From the NCBI RefSeq assembly GCF_902652985.1, contig NC_047021.1, positions 40,734,001-40,798,000 on the forward strand: DNA of 64,000 nucleotides, given 5' to 3'. Positions 37,290 to 48,863 of the stretch are shown here, piece after piece. The notes below the pieces were generated by a model. It saw only the letters and a list, made by a program, of their open reading frames with translations, was not told the DNA's origin and did no database searches. Positions within the stretch are counted from its first letter, which is position 1; the number at the start of each line of letters is the position of its first letter. The translations under genes and the position numbers were made by a program. The stretch is from Pecten maximus. Lineage: Eukaryota.

Positions 37290-38592
37290 CGAGGGAATGC
37301 TTGATTTGTTGTGGGCCTCGTATTGAAGGAGGTACTCAAATAGGTTCTTTTTAAGTCCTACTTTTCTCTGATTATATAGGGCCGTGTACCCGAAGACTGG
37401 TCTCATTTGGTAAGTTTATATCGACGAGGTAGCACTCTAAAGTAAACGAGACAAGCAGTCTGGACAAAATCGGTTAGGGTAAGGGTTAAGGTGAAAGAGT
37501 ATATCATTACCATGGCTGCCTTTCACGATTGTGGCTTTAGATTGATTGCGCATCCGCCTTACTCATCTGATCTCGCTCCATCAGACTTTCAACTATTTCC
37601 AAAACTGAAAACAGCTATTTCAGGCACCCTTACCCTAACCCTAACATGCAGTGGATGACTATCTGAACAGCCAAGAAAAGGAGTTCTATAAAAGTGGCAT
37701 TGAGGCCCTGAAACACCACTGGCAAAAGTGTTTAGATACTAAAGGTTTGGTTTGGTTTGGTTTATTTTGTTTAAAGAGGCTTACCCGCAGACGGACCGGT
37801 AAACGGCACATCTCCGATCACTAAATAAACTTCAGTACACGTTGCTATGTGACAAAATTAGAGGCTTTCCGACTTTATTTCTTGAAAACAATTACAGAAT
37901 ATGTATTTAAAGACGTTTTAAAACTCAACCTGAGAGGGAAATGTATGGAATATAACGGCAAATCTTCTTTGTAAATCGCCGCTGCCTTTGAAGTTATCAC
38001 TGTGCGGCACTGTGCACGTGCTTGTTTCTTTGATGTGTCAATCAAATTAGACTCCACTTTATAGCGGGGACTTATTGCGGGTTGCGATTAAATAAATAAT
38101 ATTTAAAAAATGAGGTTTTAATATCACTTTTCATCGTTTTATAAGGAAAATAAAATGAAAAACTCAACAATTCCAACAATCTGTCATGTGTAAAAAATCT
38201 TTTTCAACGGGCGAACCAGTCGTTCCACTCCAAATATGCTGAGCGCTAAGCAGGAGTAGCAACTACCATCTTTAAAGACTCTGGTATGTCTCGGCTAGGG
38301 GACAGAGCCCAAAACCTTCCTCACAGCGGCGAATGCTCAACTAAAGGCCAAAAGTGAGGCATTGTCAAGGGAGACATTAGGAAGAAGAAAGTTGTTAAGA
38401 AAGAAGAGAAAAGATAATATCCCAAGTTTAGTCGCCTCTTACGATCTTGCAATGGGGGCAGCAGGTACAATTCTTACGCCCTACCTGCAGGGCCCAGATA
38501 CTAAAGGAGATTATGTTTAAAGAATAATACAATATGTCCGGCAAAATTCAAATCCTTCAATATGAGGCTCACAACTTATCAATCAGCCCTCG
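37290..38592 (+). mobile_element. Internally deleted mariner element, copy 1
   Basis: TA|CGAGGG...CCCTCG|TA with imperfect TIRs of about 40 bp; HPPYSSDLAPSDFQLFPKLK (mariner YSPDLAPSD motif). Confidence 0.88.
37746..38496 (-). mobile_element. Meta/Deu-type SINE inside the mariner, part replaced by a 430-bp insert (37775-38204)
   Basis: Compared with intact paralogue 43828-44368. The insert starts right after TTAA (AGAGGCTTACCCGCAG). Confidence 0.85.
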
Positions 38593-38661
38593 TAGTATAA
38601 GAACATCTATGTAAATGAAATACGCGTTCGACTTCGGTATAAAATACATACAATTGAACTA

Positions 38662-39330
38662 CAGTAGAACTTCGTTAACTCGAACTCGGAAAACTCGAAT
38701 ACCCCGCTTAACTCGAAGTACTTCGTCAGTCCCGACCGAATTTTCTCTTTATCCTAGTAAATAAAAACTCGGAAAACTCGAATTCGGAAAACTCGAAAAA
38801 CTCAGATAATAGGAAGTAAAAATTTGGTCCCAACAAAAAAAATCCTACTTGAAATGATCGAATAGCTCGAAGCATCATTTTTGTGTCCAACAACGATCGG
38901 TGGGAAACGCCGACATTTTTTCAACATCGAAATTCCGTTTGTATCGGCACTACAAACCTACCGATTTTTATATGCTATTATAAGTGTTTCATTAAAGAAA
39001 TCGTCAGTGGAATCTTATAACAATAACTGTCGGTGATAAAAAGTACTGTTACATGAGGTAATTTCCTAAGGCGGTCGCCGATAATAGTTCACACGATAGT
39101 CAACAACTCATCTACCATGCACCAATACCTCGTTGACCTTTTCAGGTCATGACATGGTATTGGCTATAAAAGCTTTTATGCAAATTCAATGACTCTTTAG
39201 TACAAGCTCAGTTATACTTATATGATTATCAGAGTACAAAAAGTAGAGAATATATATGGATTACTCTAATAGTAACTGTGTTATTTGGAAAAAAACGATG
39301 AAATAAAAAATCGCTCCCTTTAAAAACTTT
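38662..39330 (+). mobile_element. Tc1/pogo(Tigger)-like non-autonomous element, left part (paralogue starts at 44535)
   Basis: TA|CAGTAGAACTTCGTTAACTCGAA terminus with repeated AACTCGAA motifs. No right TIR found, so the right boundary is uncertain. Confidence 0.55.
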
Positions 39331-39614
39331 CAAGTAGAGACCTTTAACATGATTTTTGTAGATGTGTATCTTTTCATATATTGAATTAGAGCATATACAT
39401 TATCTATTTTTAAGCATCATCTTTACTTTTAATAAGGACATGAGTACTTACTATTTTTCATTTTGGTATCATCAGATCAAGGCACGTGATGTAGAACCCC
39501 GTTCAATTATCATTCAGACTAATGGCGAATCAGCATATCTGTAAATGGGGTACGTAAGTATAGACTTTTTGTACATTATATAGGTACAACTGACTCATTG
39601 CTGAGTACTGTATG

Positions 39615-40115
39615 TATGACTGATGACCTAGGTGATACCGACATTATTTTTGATGCCGTGTATGCTGACCTTGGTGACCTTGACACTATTTTTGATGCCG
39701 TGTATGATGACCTAGGTGACATCGACATTATTTCTGATGCCGTGTATGATGACCTAGGTGACTCCGACATTATTTCTGATGCCGTGTATGATGACCTAGG
39801 TGACTCCGACATTATTTCTGATGCCGTGTATGATGACCTAGGTGACATCGACATTATATTTGATGCCGTGTATGATGACCTACAAATGTAGGTGACATCG
39901 ACATTATTTCTGATGCGGTGTATGATGTCGTAGGTGACTCCGACATTATTTCTGATGCCGTGTATGGTGACCTAGGTGACGGAGACATTATTTCTGATGC
40001 CGTGTATGATGACCTAGGTGACATCGACATTATTTCTGATGCCGTGTATGATGACCTAGGTGACATCGACATTATATTTGGTGCCGTGTATGATGACCTA
40101 AGTGACACCAACATA
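39615..40115. repeat. 42-bp minisatellite family A, array A1
   Basis: Unit GTGTATGATGACCTAGGTGACTCCGACATTATTTCTGATGCC. Confidence 0.95.
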
Positions 40116-41045
40116 ATTACTGTTTATTATACCTATACATCGCCCGTGCTTGATTATACATCAGCATGGCTGGGAAATTGTTGCAAGAAATATAAATAAC
40201 ATAACAAAATTGCAAAAACAAATTCTTTGAATTGTTTTACTTTCAAAAAATATGTTTTGCCTTTTAGATTTAAAAAAAGGTGTTTAGTATGCAAATCGCT
40301 TGATGGAGAAGCCCCTGGTTATCTGGCATCTGTATTCACCCTAGCTTACCACTAATACATTGTATAGACTGAGATCAACAATGAAGCTCTAGAAAAGATT
40401 TACTCTCTATCTAGACCCAAGTCTGAAAAGGAGATCACATTATCACAAGAGACCAAATGGGCCTGTATCGGTCATTTGCTACTAATGCAGTTTTATATAT
40501 GCCCAATCAATTTGAATCTTATTTCCTTTCACCTTCATGTTTGTTAAGCTAACGGAAATGTAAATACCGAAGCACTACTCCTTCATTAGATTAGATTTAT
40601 TTTCTTTAATCATTGAATACGTGTACCTCACCAACTAACAGTCAGAGTCATTGCCAGATATCCATTTGTCCTTTACCTTTCACCCAGTGACCTTGATCTT
40701 CCGTCAATTAAGTTATGGTTTAATTCCGACCGAATATGCTTCATAATACCGTAACAAAATGTTCATCAAAGTAAAAATACGAATGTACATTTCAAAATGC
40801 CTCCCCTTCTGATCAAATCATATGAAGTACATAAGAGATTGGATGAATAAATATACATGATGAATTGACAGTCTGAGATGAACAATTTATATTATTTGAC
40901 AAAAAAGAGTGTGGTCTTGAAAAATAACCAAAGGGACATAACTCTTCAAATTTTATGACATGTGATTTCCAATTCCAGGATGTGATCGAATACTGCAGAC
41001 AAAAAATGTATGGATTGAATACAGATATATGTGAACAAATTGAAT
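40116..41045 (+). repeat. Spacer of about 930 bp with a CR1/L2 ORF2 relic; also at 45959-46890 and 47933-48863
   Basis: YYTYTSPVLDYTSAWLGNC and KSLDGEAPGYLAS are LINE ORF2 C-terminal motifs; three near-identical copies. Confidence 0.8.
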
Positions 41046-41935
41046 TGGTGTCGTGTGTGATGACCTAGGTGACACAGACATTGTGTTTGGTGTCGTGTAT
41101 GATGACCTAGGTGACACAGACATTATGTTTGGTGTCATGTATGATGACCTTGGTGACACAGACATTATGTTTGGTGTCATGTATGATGACCTTGGTGACA
41201 CAGACATTATGTTTGGTGTCGTGTATGATAACCTAGGTGACACAGACATTATGTTTGGTGTCATGTATGATGACCTTGGTGACACAGACATTATGTTTGG
41301 TGTCGTGTATGATAAACTTGGTGACACAAACATCATTTTTGATGCCGTGTATGATGACCTTGGTGACACAGACATTATGTTTGGTGTCATGTATGATGAC
41401 CTTGGTGACACAGACATTATGTTTGGTGTCGTGTATGATAACCTCGGTGACACAGACATGTTTGGTGTCATGTATGATGACCTTGGTGACACAGACATTA
41501 TGTTTGGTGTCGTGTATGATAAACTTGGTGACACAGACATCATTTTTGATGCCGTGTATGATGACCTTGGTGACACAGACATTATGTTTGGTGTCGTGTC
41601 CGATGACCTTGGTGACACAGACATTATGTTAGGTGTCGTGTATGATGACATTGGTGACACAGACATTATTTTTGATGCCGTGTATGATGACCTTGGTGAC
41701 ACCGACATTATGTTTGGTGTCGTGTATGATTACCTAGGTGACACAGACATCATGTTTGATGTCGTGTATGGTGACCTAGGTGGGACAGGCATCATTTTTG
41801 ATGTCATATATGATAACATTGGTTGTACGGACATCATATTTGTTTGCTGTCATGTATGATAACCTAGGTGGAACAGGCATCATATTTGATGTCATATATG
41901 ATGACCAAGGTAGGACCGGCATCATTTTTATATGA
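41046..41935. repeat. 42-bp minisatellite family A, array A2
   Basis: Unit GTGTATGATGACCTTGGTGACACAGACATTATGTTTGGTGTC. Confidence 0.95.
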
Positions 41936-43372
41936 TTTTCAGTTCGTCGACACGTATTCAAGTTCCACTGAAATGGGGAATTTATTCCAGCCTACCAGCA
42001 CAACGAAAGCATACACCTTCAACCAACGGGAGCGTCCGTTTTTCTGAAGTGCATAAACAAGATCTTTCCAAGGACGGATCAATGTAAGAAACCAAACAGT
42101 CATCACTAACAACCCTGAGACGACATGATGATGGACTGCACCGCTACAGTCATACCATAACCGGCCGTCAAGGCCGTTATCACCCACCGTGAAAACACCA
42201 ATTGCTTTGAACAGAAATTAAATATCACATTTCCAGTTATAGTTGCCCCACTCAAAATTGATTTTGCAAATTCAACATTCTTTGGCTCATGATCATTAAC
42301 AGGAACGACAGAAGGCTTGTACGACCTCTCCTATTGTAAAGTTTAAGTTATCAATTTCCTCGGTTACCATGTGTTCCTTCTCGGCGAGATATTCTAGCTC
42401 TGCAATTCGTGCTGCAAGCGAATTTAAAATCTTCTCTCCCATGTCCTCATTCCTTCGTCTACTCGACGCCATGTTGTTTGTTTTGGTTTCGCTGACAACA
42501 CAGCACCTACGTCAAAACCCGAGAGACCCGAATAGTTTGATGAGACGCAAAATTTAGAGGTGTTCCGCAAAGAGGGCCGATACAGGGTTTGGGGTGCATT
42601 ACTGAATCAATAATGCATGGGTAAGGATTACGGATCGGGAGATTTGGCGCCATAATGCATATGCAAAAAAACCTGTATTTATTACTAAGTATACAATAAA
42701 TGCTTACATAGCATAAATTTAAATTGGTTCTTATATTTAAAACCTCCTATATATATATATGATTGCTCTATTTCTAAAAGTGATAAATGAAAGCAATGAT
42801 ATCGCATCACTTGAACGCTGATTCCGGATTTGACAGCCCGATACCATTAAATGACTAGATTAAAATTGATTCCTGTGCCGTATGATGTGCAAAAGATCCT
42901 CTTAGAACGCAATTACACAAAATCATATGATGATATATTCGTTTCGTTTCAACAGGAAAGATACAGTACCTAATGAAATCGTACCGAAGCTACCAGATGG
43001 TGGCTAACATTTCGCGGATTAGTCGGAGAATGTGTCCCGTTTTTAAGTGAGATATAGAAACGAACAGCTTTACTTAAGACATTCTGATTTTAATGTTTAT
43101 ACATTATGTCGTTAGATCGTGATTATACTTATGTAAGATACTTTAAAGTAATACTTTACAATGGTCCTTGACTGTACTTTTACTGGAATCTATATGAGTG
43201 GTAGTTGTGCACAATGGCAGTAACCGGTAAATTTAACTTATCTTAGATTTGCAATGCGCGTATCTTCATTGTTCATCAACCATGTTGGAACTGTTTAACC
43301 GACATTATGTCTACGCTGATATTGTTATTTAAGTTATTTGTGGATTCATGGAAGGATAACCGTTCTTACATA

Positions 43373-44465
43373 CGAGGGTTGCTTGATTTGTTGTGGGCCT
43401 CGTATTGAAGGAGGTACTCAAATAGGTTCTTTTTAAGTCCTACTTTTCTCTGATTATATAGGGCCGTGTACCCAAAGACTGGTCTCATTTGGTAAGTTTA
43501 TATCGACGAGGTAGCACTCTAAAGAAAACTAGACAAGCAGTCTGGACAAAATCGGTTAAGGTAAGGGTTAAGGTGAAAGAGTATATCATTGCCATAGCTG
43601 CCATTCACGATTGTGGCTTTAGATTGATTGCGCATCCGCCTTACTCATCTGATCTCGCTCCATCAGATTTTCAACTATTTCCAAAACTGAAAACAGCTAT
43701 TTCAGGCACCCTTACCCTAACCCTAACATGCAGTGGATGACTATCTGAACAGCCAAGAAAAGGAGTTCTATAAAAGTGGCATTGAGGCCCTGAAACACCA
43801 CTGGCAAAAGTGTTTAGATACTAAAGGTTTGGTTTGGTTTGGTTTATTTTGTTTAACGTCCTATTTCTAACAGCTAAGGTCATTTAAGGACGGCCTCCCG
43901 TGCGTGCGACATGCATGCGTGTGGTGAGTGCGTGTGTGTGTTTTGGGAGGCTGCGGTATGTTCGTGTTAAGTCTCCTTGTGATAGGCAGGAACTTTTGCC
44001 GATTTATAGTGCTACCTCACTGAAGCATACTGTCGAAGACACCCAGCAGCACACCCCACCCGGTCACATTATACTGACAACGGGCGAACCAGTCGTTCCA
44101 CTCCAAATATGCTGAGCGCTAAGCAGGAGTAGCAACTACCATTTTTAAAGACTCTGGTATGTCTCGGCTAGGGGACAGAACCCAAAACCTTCCTCACAGC
44201 GGCGAATGCTCAACTAAAGGCCAAAAGTGAGGCATTGTCAAGGGAGACATTAGGAAGAAGAAAGTTGTTAAGAAAGAAGAGAAAAGATAAGATCCCAAGT
44301 TTAGTCGCCTCTTACGATCTTGCAATGGGGGCAGCAGGTACAATTCTTACGCCCTACCTGCAGGGCCCAGATACTAAAGGAGATTATGTTTAAAGAATAA
44401 CACAATATGTCCGGCAAAATTCAAATCCTTCAATATGAGGCTCACAACTTATCAATCAGCCCTCG
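43373..44465 (+). mobile_element. Internally deleted mariner element, copy 2
   Basis: Same TIRs and YSSDLAPSD motif. The C-terminus WQKCLDTKGDYV is split by the SINE. Confidence 0.88.
43828..44368 (-). mobile_element. Full-length Meta/Deu-type tRNA SINE (541 bp) with 5' extension
   Basis: 12-bp TSD AGATACTAAAGG (43816-43827, 44369-44380). tRNA-like head at about 44171-44223; Meta-like TTTAAAAATGGTAGTTGCTACTCCTGCTTAGCGCTCAGCAT; (AAACC)n tail shared with the V-SINEs. Confidence 0.9.
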
Positions 44466-45499
44466 TAGTATAAGAACATCTATGTAAATGAAATACGCGT
44501 TCGACTTCGGTATAAAATACATACAATTGAACTACAGTAGAACTTCGTTAACTCGAACTCGGAAACCTCGAATACCCCGCTTAACTCGAAGTACTTCGTC
44601 AGTCCCGACCGAATTTTCTCTTTATCCTAGTAAAATAAAAACTCGGAAAACTCGAATTCGGAAAACTCGAAAAACTCAGATAATAGGAAGTGAAAATTTG
44701 GTCCCAACAAAAAAAAATCCTACTTGAAATGATCGAATAGCTCGAAGTATCATTTTTGTGTCCAACAACGATCGGTGGGAAACGCCGACATTTTTTCAAC
44801 ATCGAAATTCCGTTTGTATCGGCACTACAAACCTACCGATTTGTATATGCTATTATAAGTGTTTCATTAAAGAAATCGTCGGTGGAATCTTATAACAATA
44901 ACTGTCGGTGATAAAAAGTACTGTTTTACTTACATAAGGTAATTTCCTAAGGCGGTCGCCGATAATAGTTCACACGATAGTCAACAACTCATCTACCATG
45001 CACCAATACCTCGTTGACCTTTTCAGGTCATGACATGGTATTGGCTATAAAAGCTTTTATGCAAATTCAATGACTCTTTAGTACAAGCTCAGTTATACTT
45101 ATATGATTATCAGAGTACAAAAAGTAGAGAATATATATGGATTACTCTAATAGTAACTGTGTTATTTGGAAAAAAACGATGAAATAAAAAATCGCTCCCT
45201 TTAAAAACTTTCAAGTAGAGACCTTTAACATGATTTTTGTAGATGTGTATCTTTTCATATATTGAATTAGAGCATATACATTATCTATTTTTAAGCATCA
45301 TCTTTACTTTTAATAAGGACATGAGTACTTACCATTTTTCATTTTGGTATCATCAGATCAAGGCACGTGATGTAGAACCCCGTTCAATTATCATTCAGAC
45401 TAATGGCGAATCAGCATATCTGTAAATGGGGTACGTAAGTATAGACTTTTTGTACAGTCATTGTATAGGTAAAACTGACTCATTGCTGAGTACTGTATG

Positions 45500-45958
45500 T
45501 ATGACTGATGACCTAGGTGATACCGACATTATTTTTGATGCCGTGTATGATGACCTTGGTGACCTTGACACTATTTTTGATGCCGTTTATGATGACCTTG
45601 GTGACATCGACATTATTTTTGATGCCGTGTATGATGACCTAGGTGACTCCGACATTATTTCTGATGCCGTGTATGATGACCTAGGTGACTCCGACATTAT
45701 TTCTGATGCCGTGTATGATGACCTAGGTGACATCGACATTATATTTGATGCCGTGTATGATGACCTACAAATGTAGGTGACATCGACATTATTTCTGATG
45801 CCGTGTATGATGTCGTAGGTGACTCCGACATTATTTCTGATGCCGTGTATGATGACCTAGGTGACGGAGACATTATTTCTGATGCCGTGTATGATGACCT
45901 AGGTGACGGAGACATTATTTCTGATGCCGTGTATGATGACCTAAGTGACACCAACATA
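45500..45958. repeat. 42-bp minisatellite family A, array A1'
   Basis: Paralogue of 39615-40115, including the same CTACAAATGTAG interruption. Confidence 0.95.
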
Positions 45959-46890
45959 ATTACTGTTTATTATACCTATACATCGTCCGTGCTTAATTAT
46001 ACATCAGCATGGCTGGGAAATTGTTGCAAGAAATATAAATAACATAACAAAATTGCAAAAACAAATTCTTTGAATTGTTTTACTTTCAAAAAATATGTTT
46101 TGCCTTTTAGATTTAAAAAAAGGTGTTTAGTATGCAAATCGCTTGATGGAGAAGCCCCTGGTTATCTGGCATCTGTATTAACCCTAGCTTACCACTAATA
46201 CATTGTATAGACTGAGATCAACAATGTAGCTCTAGAAAAGATTTACTCTCTGTCTAGACCCTAGTCTGAAAAGGAGATCACATTATCACAAGAGACCAAA
46301 TGGGCCTGTATCGGTCATTTGCTACTAATGCAGTTTTATATATGCCCAATCAATTTGAATCTTATTTCCTTTCACCTTCATGTTTGTTAGGCTAACGGAA
46401 ATGTAAATACCGAAGCACTACTCCTTCATTAGATTTGACTTATTTTCTTTAATCATTGAATACGTGTACCTCACCAACTAACAGTCAGGGTCATTGCCAG
46501 ATATCCATTTGTCCTTTACCTTTCACCCAGTGACCTTGATCTTCCGTCAATTAAGTTATGGTTTAATTCCGACCGAATATGCTTCATAATACCATAACAA
46601 AATGTTCATCGAAGTAACAATACGAATGTACATTTCAAAATGCCTCCCCTTCTGATCAAATCATATGAAGTACATAAGAGATTGGATGAATAAATATACA
46701 TGATGAATTGACAGTCTTAGATGAACAATTTATATTATTTGACAAAAAAGAGTGTGGTCTTGAAAAATAACCAATAGGACATAACTCTTCAAATTTTATG
46801 ACATGTGATTTCCAATTCCAGGATGTGATCGAATACTGCAGACAAAAAATGTATGGATTGAATACAGATATATGTGAACAAATTGAATTT

Positions 46891-47932
46891 GTGTCGTGCA
46901 TGATGACCTTGGTGACACAGACATTGTTTGGTATCATATATGATGACCTTGGTGACACCGACATTGTGTTTGGTGTCGTGTATGATGACCTAGGTGACAC
47001 AGACATTATGTTTGGTATCATGTATGATGACCCTGGTGACACAGACATTATGTTTCGTGTCATGTATGATGACCTTGGTGACACAGACATTATGTTTGGT
47101 GTCGTGTATGATGACCTTGGTGACATCGACATTATGTTTGGTATCGTGTATGATGACCTTGGTGACACAGACATTATGTTTGGTATCGTGTATGAAGACC
47201 TAGGTGACACAGACATTATGTTTGCTGTCGTGTATGATGACCTTGTTCACACCGAAATTGTGTTTGCTGTCGTGTGCGATGACCTAGGTGACACAGACAT
47301 TATGTTTGGTGTCGTGTTTGATAACCTTGGTGACACAGACATTATGTTTCGTGTCATGTATGATGACCTTGGTGACACAGACATTATGTTTGGTGTCGTG
47401 TATGATGACCTTGGTGACACAGACATTATGTTTGGTGTCGTGTATGATGACCTTGGTAACACCGACATTATTTTTGATGCCGTGTATGATGACCTTGGTG
47501 ACACAGATATTATGTTTGGTGCCGTGTATGATGACCTAGGTGACGGAGACATTATATTTGGTGCCGTGTATGATGACCTAGGTGACGGAGACATTATTTC
47601 TGATGCCGTGTATGATGATCTAGGTGACGGAGACATTATTTCTGATGCCGTGTATGATGACCTAGGTGACTCCGACATTATTTCTGATGCCGTGTATGAT
47701 GACCTAGGTGACGGAGACATTATTTCTGATGCCGTGTATGATGACCTAGGTGACGGAGACATTATTTCTGATGCCTTGTATGATGACCTAGGTGACGGAG
47801 ACATTATTTCTGATGCCGTGTATGATGACCTAGGTGACTCCGACATTATTTCTGATGCCGTGTATGATGACCTAGGTGACATCGACATTATTTCTGATGC
47901 CGTGTATGATGACCTAAGTGACACAGACATAA
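46891..47932. repeat. 42-bp minisatellite family A, hybrid A2/A1 array
   Basis: TTTGGTGTC-type units until about 47520, then TTTCTGATGCC-type units. Confidence 0.93.
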
Positions 47933-48863
47933 TTACTGTTTTCCTATACCTATACAGCGCCCGTGCTTGATTATACATCTGCATGGCTGGGAAATTGTTG
48001 CAAGAAATATAAATAACATAACAAAATTGCAAAAACAAATTCTTTGAATTGTTTTACTTTCAAAAAATATGTTTTGCCTTTTAGATTTAAAAAAGGGTGT
48101 TTAGTATGCAAATCGCTTGATGGAGAAGCCCCTGGTTATCTGGCATCTGTATTAACCCTAGCTTACCACTAATACATTGTATAGACTGAGATCAACAATG
48201 TAGCTCTTGAAAAGATTTACTCTCTATCTAGACCCAAGTCTGAAAAGGAGATCACATTATCACAAGAGACCAAATGGGCCTGTATCGGTCATTTGCTACT
48301 AATGCAGTTTTATATATGCCCAATCAATTTGAATCTTATTTCCTTTCACCTTCATATTTGTTAGGCTAACGGAAATGTAAATACCAAAGCACTACTCCTT
48401 CATTAGATTTGATTCATTTTCTTTAATCATTGAATACGTGTACCTCACCAACTAGCAGTCAGGGTCATTGCCAGATATCCATTTGTCCTTTACCTTTCAC
48501 CCAGTGACCTTGATCTTCCGTCAATTTACTTATGGTTTAATTTCGACCGAATATGCTTCATAATACCATAACAAAATGTTCATCAAAGTAAATATACGAA
48601 TGTACATTTCAAAATGCCTCCCCTTCTCATCAAATCATATGAAGTACATAAGAGATTGGATGAATAAATATACATGATGAATTGACAGTCTGAGATGAAC
48701 AATTTATATTATTTGACAAAAAAGAGTGTGGTCTTGAAAAATAACCAAAGGGACATAACTCTTCAAATTTTATGACATGTGATTTCCAATTCCAGGATGT
48801 GATCGAATACTGAAGGCAAAAAATGTATGGATTGAATGCAGATATATGTGAACAAATTGAATT

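Larger units (their letters stand above)
36622..42202. repeat. Recent tandem segmental duplication, copy 1
   Basis: Near-identical to 42712-51450. Both start CATAAATTTAAATTGGTTC and end GAAAACACCAAT. Confidence 0.95.

Noticed and set aside
39476-39549. Exon-like segment IKARDVEPRSIIIQTNGESAYL
   Set aside because: Splice-like flanks, but stops in all three frames and no recognisable homology.
46798-47970. 390-aa Asp-rich ORF (VYDDLGDTDIMFGV)n as an acidic shell-matrix protein
   Set aside because: No signal peptide; paralogous arrays have in-frame TAA (for example 49041, 49251) and frameshifts; other frames are equally open. Only transcript or proteome data could revive it.
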